A DNA stretch of 64,000 nt from Dehalococcoidia bacterium (GCA_963664625.1 OY761541.1:3019606-3083605), one strand, 5' to 3'. Counted from the first letter of the stretch, positions 19,075 to 29,226 are shown. Notes: generated by a model not told the origin, from the sequence alone. Program-made: numbers and translations.

Positions 19075-20217
19075 TCAGTCCCCGGGTGCCTGGACTTCGA
19101 CCTTACGTTGAACGATTTGCTCCGCGCGGTCTACGAACCATTCGGACATTTGGAGAGGAGAACCGGCCCCTCCTCGCCGCACCATGATGACCTCGGACAT
19201 GATGCTGACCGCCAGTTCTTCCGGCGTGAGCGCGCCTATATCCAAGCCAACGGGGGCGCGTACCTGCTTCAGCCTGTCCGCCGAAATGCCCTCACGCATC
19301 AGGCGTTGGTAAATCATCATGTTCTTGCGGCGGCTGCCCAGCAGGCCCAGGTACCGGGCACGGGTGGACATCGCGGACTCCAGGGCCATGTCGTCGTAGC
19401 GATGGCCCCGTGTAGCAACCACCACGAAGCTGTTGACGTTCACCTCAAGGTGGTTGGCCCATTCATCGTAGTTGCTAACTACTGTCTGCTCGGCGTAAGG
19501 GAACCGCTCGGTGTTGCAGAACTCGGGCCGGTCGTCGACCACGTACACCCGGTATCCCAGCGTGTGGGCCAGGTCCGCCGTGGCTTTGCCGACGTGGCCT
19601 CCCCCAACCATCACCAGGGTCGGGGGCGTGGTGAACCCTTCGATGAATACCTCGATGCCATCGTCGGTGGTGAAGGACTCTATGTTGCCGACTTCAGCTA
19701 CCCGGACGGCAATCTCGACCGCCCTGTCGTCCAACGCGGCGTCGCCCAGGGTGCCGACCGTCGTTCCGTCCATCCTGAGCAGCAGCTTAGCGCCCAGGCC
19801 GGGATGACCGGCAGGAACATTTACCACCGTGGCCAGTCCTACCGGCTCTCCGCCTTCATAGGCTTGAACGAGTTCCGCGCCAATGGGCACAAAGTCGTCC
19901 GGTTCCCACACTGGCTCCAAATAGAAGTACATCGTGCCGCCGCAGACCAGTCCGTCCCGTGCGGCGATGTCCTCGTTAAGGAAATAGTCCTTGAATTCCG
20001 GCCCGCTGTGCCGGCGTAGCATCTCTTTGGCGGCGAACCAGATGTCCCCTTCGACGCACCCGCCGCCCAGGGTCCCGACCCCGGTGCCGTCGGCGCGCAC
20101 CAGTAGCATGGCGCCCGACTTCTGCGGCGTAGATCCCTTGGTCCGTACCACCGTAGCCAACACTCCCGGTTGGCCGCCTTGCAGGAGTTTGATCGCTTCC
20201 TGTATGACTTCCTTCAT
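19075..20217 (-). CDS. XdhC/CoxI family molybdo-enzyme maturation protein
   Basis: 380 aa with an XdhC N-domain (ATVVRTKGSTPQKSGAMLLV) and a Rossmann-like C-domain (LVMVGGGHVGKA). Confidence 0.85.
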   Translation of the reverse strand: MKEVIQEAIKLLQGGQPGVLATVVRTKGSTPQKSGAMLLVRADGTGVGTLGGGCVEGDIWFAAKEMLRRHSGPEFKDYFLNEDIAARDGLVCGGTMYFYLEPVWEPDDFVPIGAELVQAYEGGEPVGLATVVNVPAGHPGLGAKLLLRMDGTTVGTLGDAALDDRAVEIAVRVAEVGNIESFTTDDGIEVFIEGFTTPPTLVMVGGGHVGKATADLAHTLGYRVYVVDDRPEFCNTERFPYAEQTVVSNYDEWANHLEVNVNSFVVVATRGHRYDDMALESAMSTRARYLGLLGSRRKNMMIYQRLMREGISADRLKQVRAPVGLDIGALTPEELAVSIMSEVIMVRRGGAGSPLQMSEWFVDRAEQIVQRKVEVQAPGD

Positions 20218-20357
20218 ATCGCTCTCACTCGCGAAGGTGTATACGGCCTAACTTTACCAAACAGGGCCTTCAGAGGCAATTGCGTCAAGGCCATACGAAG
20301 CATTACTTCTTGCCGTCGTTTACCGTCCTGCAGAGGCCGCATCACAGGGATTGGCCG

Positions 20358-20882
20358 TCAATCATCCTCCCGATGTGTTTGACTGAACCCAACCTTGGAG
20401 TGGCTGCCTATTGCCGGCCGCGCTCCCCGACGGAGTCCCAGCAGACTTCCCAGACGGTCCCTGTCCTCGTTGTCGGTGACCGTGAAGGGTCGGGGCGGCG
20501 ACACTCGGATCTCATCCAGCTTGGCGACGAAACTCTCAACGTCATCTATAGCCGACAGGATAGCGCCCGCTCTTCTGTTGTTCTCATAAAAGTTCTTGTG
20601 CATTGAGTCTGCCGTATTCATATGGGCGTCAAAATCATCCCGGACGAACTCCTTCGCCAGTTGTTCGCCAATGTCAATAATGTTTAAGTGAGAGCTATGG
20701 CGCCAACCTCGTTGGATCGCGATAGCTTTCAGGGCGTGGGCAGCCGCGCCCCAGATTTTTTCAGATGCTTGGAGCCTGTGGCCCCGGCGCAATTCAGACC
20801 TGGCATGGTCAATGAAACGGTGGCTCATTGCCACGTGGTCATCAATATCGTTGGCTCCTGCCGGTGGTAGTCCTGTTGTCAT
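20358..20882 (-). CDS. Hypothetical helical protein, PaREP1/HEPN-like
   Basis: 174 aa. ARSELRRGHRLQASEKIWGAAAHALKAIAIQRGWRHSSH resembles the PaREP1-type helical bundle. GC is lower than in neighbouring genes. The function call is weak. Confidence 0.45.
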   Translation of the reverse strand: MTTGLPPAGANDIDDHVAMSHRFIDHARSELRRGHRLQASEKIWGAAAHALKAIAIQRGWRHSSHLNIIDIGEQLAKEFVRDDFDAHMNTADSMHKNFYENNRRAGAILSAIDDVESFVAKLDEIRVSPPRPFTVTDNEDRDRLGSLLGLRRGARPAIGSHSKVGFSQTHREDD

Positions 20883-21016
20883 GTTCCTTTTGTTCCTTCA
20901 TCCGTTGGCCTGGCAAACCGTATGGCGGCCTGTCCTCAATTTCCCCAGCGTTATGCCCAATTGTAACGCAAAAAACTTTGCCTGGAGAAGGAAATCGGGG
21001 TATAATAATAAAGATT

Positions 21017-21721
21017 ATGCCTCTAATTGCTGTTACCTCTGACGGTCTTCGTAACGCCCGCCGCTACATTCAAGTCATAGAGTCCTTGGGCCTCGAAACC
21101 CGCCTCATAACCCCTGCAACCGGCGGTTCCTCTTCTGTACCGCAACTCATGGGCGATGCTGGCGCCCTCCTGCTGACTGGAGGACCGGACATTGACCCGT
21201 CCTACTACGGCGAGTCGCCGCATCCGGGCGCGGGGGTTGAAGTCAACCCCGGACTGGACGATCTGGAGTTTCGGGTCTTGGACTACGCGCTGGAACGGGA
21301 TATGCCCGTGCTGGCCATCTGCAGGGGTATGCAGTTACTGAACGTGGCTTTCGGCGGCAAGCTGATTCAAGACCTTCCGGACCACAAATCAGAGCGCAAG
21401 GACGGGCGTTGGGTCCCCAAGTCCCATCTCATATGTCTGGCCCCCGGGTCCAAGGCTGCGGCTGTGATCGGTTCGGCGGGTTTCTTCAAGGTCAACAGTC
21501 TCCATCATCAGGGCCTGAAGGAGGCCCAACGGGCGCCAAGGTTGATGGCCACGGCCTTTTCGGTGGATGACGGCTTGGTTGAGGGTCTGGAGAGTCCTGA
21601 GCATAGCTGGGTGATCGGAGTGCAGTGTCATCCTGAACGCCAGGACGAAGTGCCCCGCTCTTTCGCCAACCTCTTCAAGGGGTTGGCGCAACGCAGCGAG
21701 GCCTTTTCAGTGTGTCGCTGA
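21017..21721 (+). CDS. Class I glutamine amidotransferase / gamma-glutamyl-GABA hydrolase family (peptidase C26)
   Basis: ICRGMQLLNVAFGG (Cys nucleophile) and GVQCHPE (His/Glu). I chose the ATG at 21017 (MPLIAVTSD). The upstream part of the track ORF looks non-coding. Confidence 0.85.
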   Translation: MPLIAVTSDGLRNARRYIQVIESLGLETRLITPATGGSSSVPQLMGDAGALLLTGGPDIDPSYYGESPHPGAGVEVNPGLDDLEFRVLDYALERDMPVLAICRGMQLLNVAFGGKLIQDLPDHKSERKDGRWVPKSHLICLAPGSKAAAVIGSAGFFKVNSLHHQGLKEAQRAPRLMATAFSVDDGLVEGLESPEHSWVIGVQCHPERQDEVPRSFANLFKGLAQRSEAFSVCR

Positions 21722-21844
21722 CAACGTGCCGGAGAATCGCCGGGGTAAACGATGGCCGGAACAGGCTTGACCGCCTGCGTAGAAGGCCCATGACACATCG
21801 AAAACCAAGGGGCAAGTGAAGGACGGGTCGAGGAGGAGCGAATT

Positions 21845-24388
21845 ATGGTGACCACCACACCAACACCCCCATCGGAACATATCAGGCCGGTGCACATTGA
21901 AGAAGAGATGCGCACGTCGTACCTCAACTATGCGATGAGCGTCATCGTATCCCGTGCGTTGCCCGATGTGCGCGACGGGCTGAAGCCGGTCCAACGCCGG
22001 ATTCTGTACGCGATGCACGACATGGGCATACGCCCCGGCTCGGCCCACCGCAAAAGCGCCCGTATCGCCGGAGAGGTGCTGGGTAAATTCCATCCCCACG
22101 GGGAAGCCTCCGTTTACGACACGTTGGTCAGGTTGGCCCAGCCGTTCTCGCTTCGTTACCCGCTGATCGACGGGCAGGGGAATTTCGGCAGTGTTGACGG
22201 AGACCCGCCGGCGGCTATGCGCTACACCGAGGCCCGGCTGGCCCCGATAGCGGACGAAATGCTGGCGGACATCGACTACAACACCGTAGACTTCAACCCC
22301 AACTTCGATGACTCCATTCAGGAACCCAGGGTGCTGCCGGGCCGGCTTCCCAACATGCTGGTCAACGGCGCAACGGGAATTGCCGTCGGCATGGCTACCA
22401 ACATCCCGCCCCACAACCTCACTGAAGTCTGCGAGGCGATTGGCTACCTCATAGACCACCCCGACTGCGTCACTGCCGACCTGATGCAATTCGTCCGCGG
22501 TCCCGACTTCCCCACCGCCGGCAACATCCGCGGCAGTACCGGGATCGTCGATACCTACACCACAGGTCGGGGCCGCATCATCATGGAGGCGGCTACCTCC
22601 ATCGAAGAGATGAGGGGTGGGCGAGAGCAGATCATAGTCACCGAACTTCCCTACCAAGTCAACAAGGCTACGTTGGTCGAGAAGATCGCTCAACTGGTCC
22701 GGGACAAACGGGTTGAAGGGATCTCCGACATCCGGGACGAGTCCGACCGCCACGGAATGCGCATTGTCATCGAACTGCGGCGGGATGCCCAGTCGAACAT
22801 CGTTCTCAACAACCTGTTCCGCCACACCGCCCTGCGTAGCTCGTTTAACAGCATCATGCTGGCGTTGGTCGACGGTCAACCGCAAGTGCTGCCGTTGAAG
22901 CGGGCCCTTTCCCTTTTCATTCAACACCGGGAAGAGGTGATACGCCGCCGCTCCGAGTTCCTCCTGAAAAGGGCCCAGGACCGCGACCATGTAGTCCAGG
23001 GACTGTTGCTGGCCTTGGACCGCATCGACGAAATCATCGCCATCATCCGGGGCTCCGCCGACGTGGAGACCGCTCGCAACGAATTGATGGGACAGATGCA
23101 ACTCAGCCAGGTGCAGGCCCAAGCCATCCTTGACATGCAGTTGAGGCGCTTGGCTGCATTAGAGCGGGAACGGCTGGAAAAAGAACATCAGGACCTGTTG
23201 AAGACCATCGCCGAATTGGAAGCCTTGCTGGCAAGCGGAGAAAAGATACGCGCGGTGGTGAAAGAGGAAACCGAGAAGCTGAAGAAGGACTTTGGCGACG
23301 CCCGGCGCACCGTCATCCACAACGAAGAGGTGGCGGACCAGACGGCGGAGCAGTTCATTGCTCACCAGGACGTGGTCGTTACCCTGAGCCAAAAGGGGTA
23401 CATCAAACGGACTCCTTGCCAGACCTACCGTACCCAGCACCGGGGCGGCAAGGGAGTGCGGGGGATGACCACGCGGGACGATGACGCCCTGCTGGACCTG
23501 GTGGTGGTCGACACCCACGACACCATCTTCTTCTTCAGCAACCGGGGGCGTGTATATCCACTCCGGGCCTTCCAGATTGGCGGCGACTCTTCCCGCGCCA
23601 CCCGCGGTATCCCGCTCGGCAACCTGCTACCCCTGTCCCGGGGTGAGCAGATTCAAACAATGTTGTCCATCGAAAACCCCAAAGACGACTATCTCCTGGT
23701 GCTGGCCACCCGTAAGGGCCAGATAAAGGCCCTCAAGACCGGAGAACTCTCCAACATCCGCAACGCCGGCCTGATTGTAATGAACCTCGATCAAGAGGAT
23801 GAGCTTGTCGGGGTGAGCCAGGTCGGCGACGCCCCCGACATCATGATGGTGTCTGAGAACGGTCAGGCCATCAAGTTCCCGGTGGACAATCTGGTCCCCA
23901 GGTCAAGGTCGGCCGGCGGCGTCCGGGGAATGCGATTGCTGAACGGCGACCAAATCGTGTCTATGGCTCCGACGCCTCCCAATAGCCACTTGTTAATCGT
24001 CAGCCAAGGGGGATACGGTAAGTCCACGCTGGTTTCCCGTTACCCCAGCCATTCCCGGGGAGGCCAGGGCGTCCGCACATTCAGGGTATCGGAAAAAACA
24101 GGGCCGGTCGCCGCCGCCCGCGTCGTAACCGATACCCCCGGGCAGGAAATCCTGATAATTTCCGCCAAGGCCCAAGTGGTGCGGATTACGCTGGAAGACG
24201 TTCGAGTCACCGGGCGCGATGCCCAGGGCGTGATCGTGTGGCGGGACCGGGAGTCGGACGATTATGTGGTGTCAATCGCCTGTTTCCAGGAAGGCTTGCA
24301 CACAAGGGCCGAGGCATCGTCAAACGGGCGTCACTCTAGCAATGGTTCTTCAAACGGCGCCCAACTTCCATTGTTGGACGGCAAGTAA
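21845..24388 (+). CDS. gyrA: DNA gyrase subunit A
   Basis: [32 protein letters not shown], and [10 protein letters not shown] containing the catalytic Tyr. 847 aa with C-terminal beta-pinwheel repeats. Confidence 0.97.
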   Translation: MVTTTPTPPSEHIRPVHIEEEMRTSYLNYAMSVIVSRALPDVRDGLKPVQRRILYAMHDMGIRPGSAHRKSARIAGEVLGKFHPHGEASVYDTLVRLAQPFSLRYPLIDGQGNFGSVDGDPPAAMRYTEARLAPIADEMLADIDYNTVDFNPNFDDSIQEPRVLPGRLPNMLVNGATGIAVGMATNIPPHNLTEVCEAIGYLIDHPDCVTADLMQFVRGPDFPTAGNIRGSTGIVDTYTTGRGRIIMEAATSIEEMRGGREQIIVTELPYQVNKATLVEKIAQLVRDKRVEGISDIRDESDRHGMRIVIELRRDAQSNIVLNNLFRHTALRSSFNSIMLALVDGQPQVLPLKRALSLFIQHREEVIRRRSEFLLKRAQDRDHVVQGLLLALDRIDEIIAIIRGSADVETARNELMGQMQLSQVQAQAILDMQLRRLAALERERLEKEHQDLLKTIAELEALLASGEKIRAVVKEETEKLKKDFGDARRTVIHNEEVADQTAEQFIAHQDVVVTLSQKGYIKRTPCQTYRTQHRGGKGVRGMTTRDDDALLDLVVVDTHDTIFFFSNRGRVYPLRAFQIGGDSSRATRGIPLGNLLPLSRGEQIQTMLSIENPKDDYLLVLATRKGQIKALKTGELSNIRNAGLIVMNLDQEDELVGVSQVGDAPDIMMVSENGQAIKFPVDNLVPRSRSAGGVRGMRLLNGDQIVSMAPTPPNSHLLIVSQGGYGKSTLVSRYPSHSRGGQGVRTFRVSEKTGPVAAARVVTDTPGQEILIISAKAQVVRITLEDVRVTGRDAQGVIVWRDRESDDYVVSIACFQEGLHTRAEASSNGRHSSNGSSNGAQLPLLDGK

Positions 24389-24491
24389 ATCGGGGACGCG
24401 CGACGCAGCGTGGCAAGCAAGTCTTCCACAAACCGCTCTATGGTTCTCCAAGGCAATTTGCTCTCTTGATTTAACCGTTGATTGCTTCTAG

Positions 24492-24522
24492 AATGTGGAG
24501 CGAATAATATTCGCTCTACATT
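24492..24522. promoter_or_regulatory. 31-bp near-perfect palindrome (candidate operator) upstream of the alpha/beta hydrolase gene
   Basis: AATGTGGAGCGAATA-A-TATTCGCTCTACATT: 15-bp arms with one mismatch and an AT-rich centre. It lies 48 nt upstream of the ATG at 24570. Confidence 0.4.
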
Positions 24523-24569
24523 ATCATGATTGGGCGGTATGCAGCGAAAAGCAACTTAGTGAGGAGTGT

Positions 24570-25259
24570 ATGAAACTGGTCTTCGTTCACGGCGCTGGCG
24601 GTTCGAGCTTATCGTTCTACTATCAATTGAGGCACTTCCGTAACTCCAAGGCCATCGACCTGCCGGGGCATCCCTTTGGAAAGCCCTGTACCTCTATCGA
24701 GGGATATGTGGAGTGGGTACGGGGGTTCAACACCGCGCGCCGGTACAAGGACATCGTACTTTGTGGTCACTCCATGGGCGGAGCCATCACCCAGCTTTAC
24801 GCCTTGCGCTACCCGGATGAATTGAAGGGCATCATATTGATAGGCACCGGCGCTAGGCTGCGCGTCCATCCCGATTACATGGACCTTTGCGCTAATCCGG
24901 GTGAGGACAACGCCGATTGGATGGAGTCCCAGAAAGGGTACTACAAGGGCGTAGGCCAGGACATTTATGACGTGCTGCTGAAGAGGGCCGGCGAGGTGGG
25001 GCCTGAAGTGGAACTGAACGACTTCAAGGCATGTGACCAGTTCGACATCATGCAGGAAGTCAACGGCATTTCATTGCCTACCCAGATACTCTGCGGCAGC
25101 GATGACGTGATGACCCCGGTGAAGTACTCGGACTATTTGACTGATAAGATCAAAGGGGCGAGGAAAGAGATCATACCGGGTGGCAGTCACTACGTGCAGT
25201 TGGAAAAATACCGGCAGGTCAACGAACAGATAGAGCGGTTCCTGTCTGCTTTGAAGTAA
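24570..25259 (+). CDS. Alpha/beta hydrolase
   Basis: MKLVFVHGAGGS ... GHSMGG nucleophile elbow. ATG after GAGGAG. The track ORF starts at GTG 24495, inside the palindrome. Confidence 0.85.
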   Translation: MKLVFVHGAGGSSLSFYYQLRHFRNSKAIDLPGHPFGKPCTSIEGYVEWVRGFNTARRYKDIVLCGHSMGGAITQLYALRYPDELKGIILIGTGARLRVHPDYMDLCANPGEDNADWMESQKGYYKGVGQDIYDVLLKRAGEVGPEVELNDFKACDQFDIMQEVNGISLPTQILCGSDDVMTPVKYSDYLTDKIKGARKEIIPGGSHYVQLEKYRQVNEQIERFLSALK

Positions 25260-25286
25260 GCGCCTGCGGATTGATGTGTTCTGGTA

Positions 25287-25772
25287 TCAGCCTGCGGATG
25301 GGTTGTACCACCGGCTCCGGTAGAACATGAGCGGGTCGCCCGGATCGTTCTGCTTGATCTCCTTCACTTCTCCCAAGTAGATCGTGTGGTCCCCATATAC
25401 GTGGGCCCCGATCACTTGGCAACCGAAGAAGACCATGCTCTCGTCCAGGGTGGCGGGCCCGACTTCGCCGGCGCCGTAGCTGTAGTCAACGTCGCCTTTC
25501 CTGTCTTCCGGGCGTTTTGCAAAGTAGGCGCCCAAGTCCTGCTGTTCCTGCCGCAGGATGTTCACCCCGAACCGGCGGTCCTTGTCCAGGAATTTGTAGG
25601 TGTTCGTCCCGTGGGCGACGCACACCAATACCACCGGCGGCTCCAAGCAGACCGACGTGAAGGAGTTGGCCGTCATGGCGTGGGGCTGGCCTTCATCGTC
25701 AATTGTGGTGATCACCGTGACTCCGGTGGCGAAATGGGACATGGCAAACCTGAAGTCGTCTTTGGAAACCAA
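25287..25772 (-). CDS. Flavin reductase family protein (FMN-binding split barrel)
   Basis: FRFAMSHFATGVTVITT ... ANSFTSV, 161 aa, TTG start. Confidence 0.85.
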   Translation of the reverse strand: MVSKDDFRFAMSHFATGVTVITTIDDEGQPHAMTANSFTSVCLEPPVVLVCVAHGTNTYKFLDKDRRFGVNILRQEQQDLGAYFAKRPEDRKGDVDYSYGAGEVGPATLDESMVFFGCQVIGAHVYGDHTIYLGEVKEIKQNDPGDPLMFYRSRWYNPSAG

Positions 25773-25887
25773 CTCTCTACTCTTCCCTGGAAGTTTTCCC
25801 TATTATAAGCATTCTGTTAAAGCCGCGCCAATGGCAGCCGTCGTCGGGGCAGCGTCTCATTTTAGGTGGTTTGTTTCCCAATCATCC

Positions 25888-25912
25888 GTCATTCCCGCGA
25901 AGGCGGGAATCC
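25888..25912 (+). repeat. REP-like hairpin, copy 2 (GTCATTCCCGCGAAGGCGGGAATCC)
   Basis: Same 25-mer as the other copies. Intergenic. Confidence 0.85.
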
Positions 25913-26006
25913 AGATAGCATGACCGGGCGGCTCGACCACCTGATTCGGAACTCTATTCGCCATCTGGAGGGATTTCCGTCGTCCGTCGCTTATTCCACC
26001 TGTATA

Positions 26007-26990
26007 TCACGCCCCCGGCGTTGGAAAAGGCTTGAAGCACTGGGATATGTCGCCGGGAGGTAAGCTTTCGCCCGTCGTTGGATTGAATTTGAGGACTGTA
26101 TCCGCGGGTATGTGCCCTTCGAAACGGTCGGGATTGATCAACTGGGCCAGTATCTCCAGCCCCTGTATCACCCTCGGCCCCGGGTTGCTGAAATATACGT
26201 GGTCCATCAGGTACACTTCGCCGGCTTGCACTGCCGGGATTTCCCACCAGCCTTCAAGTCCCGCAAGCCAGGAGACCTCCCGCAAACCCCGTCCCAAGTC
26301 CGAAGAGCACAGGTCTATAAACAATTTTTCCGGCGCGTAGTCCCTGATAGTCTCCCAATCGGGACGGCACGCCGGAGAGCCGGGCGGGAACGGTCCCGGG
26401 CTTCCTCCCGCCAGTTCTAGCAGGTCGGGTATCCAGTGTCCCCCGACCGCGATGGGATTGACTCCTTCCAATGAGAAGACCCTTGGCCTGTCCTTCAGCC
26501 CCGCCGTAACGCGCCGGACTTCGTCCATGCGGCCTCTCAACTTGGCCGTCAACGCCGCCGCATTTTCCTCCGCTTCGCACACCTTCCCTATCTCCAGGAT
26601 GGTGTCAAGTATCTCGTCCAGCGTCCGCGGGCGCAGCACTACGACCTGCGGTTGGGCGGGCAACAGGTGGACCGCTTCATTGACCGTGGAAGCGTCTATT
26701 TCGCAAAAGTAGCACAGGTCCTGCGTCAGCATCACGTCCGGAGACTCGCGCCATATCCACTCCAGGTCCAGCTCGTAGGGGCTTTCCCCGGCTTCGAGAA
26801 TCCGGCGCATCTGCTCCTCTACCTCTTCACTGGACGACGACGCAACATCGATCCGGCTGCGGGACACAACAGGTTTTTCCCGCGCCGCCGGAGGGTAATC
26901 GCACAGGTCGCTGACCCCTATCAGTTGGTCGTCCAAGTCAAGGGCGTAAAGGATTTCGGTGCCGCTGGGCAAGAGCGAGCAGATTTTCAA
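26007..26990 (-). CDS. BtuF/FhuD-type (cluster A-II) binding-protein homologue without a signal peptide
   Basis: KICSLLPSGTEILYALDLDDQLIGVSDLCDYP is the canonical start of the mature domain in cobalamin/siderophore binding proteins. An in-frame stop lies immediately upstream, so no leader peptide is possible. TTG start. Confidence 0.72.
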   Translation of the reverse strand: MKICSLLPSGTEILYALDLDDQLIGVSDLCDYPPAAREKPVVSRSRIDVASSSSEEVEEQMRRILEAGESPYELDLEWIWRESPDVMLTQDLCYFCEIDASTVNEAVHLLPAQPQVVVLRPRTLDEILDTILEIGKVCEAEENAAALTAKLRGRMDEVRRVTAGLKDRPRVFSLEGVNPIAVGGHWIPDLLELAGGSPGPFPPGSPACRPDWETIRDYAPEKLFIDLCSSDLGRGLREVSWLAGLEGWWEIPAVQAGEVYLMDHVYFSNPGPRVIQGLEILAQLINPDRFEGHIPADTVLKFNPTTGESLPPGDISQCFKPFPTPGA

Positions 26991-27096
26991 AACGGGCGTA
27001 ACTCCACTTGATTCAACGACCGTTGCTATCCGGTTTCCGTATTATCATATATAAGGGCCAGCCCAACAGGTTGTGTTGTATCATAGCTGACTAAAT

Positions 27097-28395
27097 ATGT
27101 CATTAGCAGCGGAGCGCGACTGGACCAGCCTGACGCTGTTGAGGCTCAACGCCCTCGGCGTTGGAATGAGCGGGTTCTACTTGGCCATCGACACGGTGGT
27201 CTTACCCGTTTTGGTCTTGGTGCTTGCTCCGGAAGCCCTCAAGAACACCTTTCTGGCAGCCTTGGGCCTCTCCGGCTTGATGGTGGGCGGGTGCGTACAA
27301 GTCCTTGTGGGGCGGTTGAGCGACCGCACCAGGACTTTTCTTGGCCGGCGCGTCCCGTACCTGATTGCGGGGTGCGGCTTGGTCAGCGTCGGAATGGTCG
27401 GCATCGGCTTGGCGCCCGTTTACTGGGTCCTCTTCGCTGTTTGGCTTTTCGTTCAAGCCGCCGTTAACGTCGCTTACGGCCCCTACCAAGCGTTGATCCA
27501 GGACTTGGTGCCCCCCTCGCGTACCGGCGTCGCGTCGGCTTTCAAAATCCTTGCCGATGCCATCGGCGGCTTGGCCTTCATCAAGATTGCCTCCATGTTC
27601 ATGGGTTGGTACGACTTCGGCAATGCCATAGAGTGGCTGTGGATTACGCTGGCGGTGCTGGGGATAAACCTGATTGTAGCGACCGGCATCACCTCCTGGA
27701 CCGTGTTGACCTTCCAGTCCCGGCCCCAGCGACGACGGCAGGCCTCCCCGGGGGCCGGGTTGCATCCCCAGCTCAAGCTGTTCGTCACGTCCCGGCTGTT
27801 GATGGTCACCGCTATCGCCGTCTTTCAGACCTACGGCCTGTTCTTCCTTCGTGACAAGGTTGGCTTGGAGTCACCTGTCCACGACTTTGGCAACATGATA
27901 CTGGTCGTGGGTGGAGCGGTGGCCGTCGGTGCGTACTTGGCGGGCCGGTTCTCCGACCGGATCGGATACAAACCGGCTATCATTGCCGGGGCGGTCGGCG
28001 CGGCGGCCGGCACACTGTTGATGCTCTACGCCGACACCACTACCGAAGTGCTGGCAATCGCCACCGTCATCGGCTTTTCCGTGGGTGCTTTGCTCAGTTC
28101 CAACTGGGCCTTGGCCAACGAGATGGGAACATCGGGGAAAGAGGCCCTCCACATGGGGTTGGTTAACCTGTCGACCATCGGCGGCACAGCCTTGGCCAAG
28201 CTCCTGGGGCCCGGGGTGGACCTTCTCAATCGCGCCCAGGACGCATCGGGCTACTCCGCGCTATTGATGGCCTGCACCGCCTTGTTCGTGTTGGGAGGGC
28301 TGCTCTTGCTGCCCCTTAAACCCGACGCCGAGGGCTCGCCTCCTTCAGATGCCTCCCCTGGAGTCCCCTCTCCCCCCGGGAGAGGGTTGGGGTGA
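27097..28395 (+). CDS. MFS transporter
   Basis: 432 aa, 12 hydrophobic helices, loop motif GRLSDRT. Confidence 0.85.
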   Translation: MSLAAERDWTSLTLLRLNALGVGMSGFYLAIDTVVLPVLVLVLAPEALKNTFLAALGLSGLMVGGCVQVLVGRLSDRTRTFLGRRVPYLIAGCGLVSVGMVGIGLAPVYWVLFAVWLFVQAAVNVAYGPYQALIQDLVPPSRTGVASAFKILADAIGGLAFIKIASMFMGWYDFGNAIEWLWITLAVLGINLIVATGITSWTVLTFQSRPQRRRQASPGAGLHPQLKLFVTSRLLMVTAIAVFQTYGLFFLRDKVGLESPVHDFGNMILVVGGAVAVGAYLAGRFSDRIGYKPAIIAGAVGAAAGTLLMLYADTTTEVLAIATVIGFSVGALLSSNWALANEMGTSGKEALHMGLVNLSTIGGTALAKLLGPGVDLLNRAQDASGYSALLMACTALFVLGGLLLLPLKPDAEGSPPSDASPGVPSPPGRGLG

Positions 28396-28406
28396 GGGCC
28401 TGCTCC

Positions 28407-29156
28407 CTAACCCCGGGCCTTGCCCAGGAACTGGCTGGCCCCCCGCGCCATCCAAGCGTTCCAGGACGTCATCACGAACCTGACCCCCTTCGCCGCGTAG
28501 GATGCCACGTTGTCGTCGTTGACCAGCGTCCCTGCCGTCCTGCCTGCGGCAAGAATGCGGCTGATGGCGTCGTCGATGGCTGATTGCACCTCAGGGTGGC
28601 CTGTGTCGCCGATGTGGCCCATGGTCTGGGCCAGGTCCGACGGAGCCACGAAGAACACGTCGATGTTGTCCACTTGTAGTATCTCGTCCAGGTTCTCCAG
28701 GGCCTCGGCCTCCTCAAGCAGCACAATCAGCATGGTCTGGTCGTTGGCCCGGTGAAAGTAATCACCCACGCCGAACGACTGGCGGCCCCCGAACATCCCC
28801 CGCTCTCCCAGCGGAGCGTACTTGGTGCAACGCGCTGCGTGTTCAGCGGCGTCCCTGGTGTTTACGTGGGGCACCACAATGCCCATTGAACCCCGGTCCA
28901 GCGTGCGTGTAATCAGCGACGCTTCGTTGGCCGCCACCCTGGTAATGGGTGTCATGCCCCACAGGTCTGCCGCCCTGGTCATATCCCCCAACTGTTCCCA
29001 GGTCACGCCCCCGTGCTCCCCCTCTATCCACGCGGCGTCAAACCCGATGGGCCCTAGAAAGTCGATAATGTCGCTCGATTGCAGCCCGGATATAGTGATA
29101 ACCAACTCATTGCGTTGCAGCTTTTCCTTGGCCCGGTTCGGCCTGATTTCAACCAT
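28407..29156 (-). CDS. HpcH/HpaI family aldolase
   Basis: About 249 aa with the family pattern ...DAAWIEGEHG... and ...APSDLAQTMG.... ATG at 29156 follows GGAGAAG. The track start is TTG at 29171. Confidence 0.85.
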   Translation of the reverse strand: MVEIRPNRAKEKLQRNELVITISGLQSSDIIDFLGPIGFDAAWIEGEHGGVTWEQLGDMTRAADLWGMTPITRVAANEASLITRTLDRGSMGIVVPHVNTRDAAEHAARCTKYAPLGERGMFGGRQSFGVGDYFHRANDQTMLIVLLEEAEALENLDEILQVDNIDVFFVAPSDLAQTMGHIGDTGHPEVQSAIDDAISRILAAGRTAGTLVNDDNVASYAAKGVRFVMTSWNAWMARGASQFLGKARG

Positions 29157-29226
29157 TTGACTCTTCTCCAAGTACCAGTCTCAAAACTTGGCGCACTACC
29201 CAACCCGTCATCCCCGCTCCCATCCC

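Noticed and set aside
21707-23122. 471-aa minus-strand ORF antisense to gyrA
   Set aside because: It lies entirely within gyrA, has no recognisable motifs and has the usual high-GC antisense composition. I treat it as a shadow ORF. The same reasoning applies to the following ORFs:
- 10530..11738 (-)
- 12308..13438 (+)
- 7518..8657 (-)
- 29730..30983 (-)
- 35270..36526 (-)
- 41659..42747 (-)
- 42945..44141 (+)
- 57195..58100 (-)
- 58179..59114 (-)
- 32979..33899 (-)
26991-27096. Cobalamin riboswitch in front of the BtuF-like gene
   Set aside because: The spacer is only 106 bp and is shared with a divergent MFS gene. It contains no B12-box-like core.
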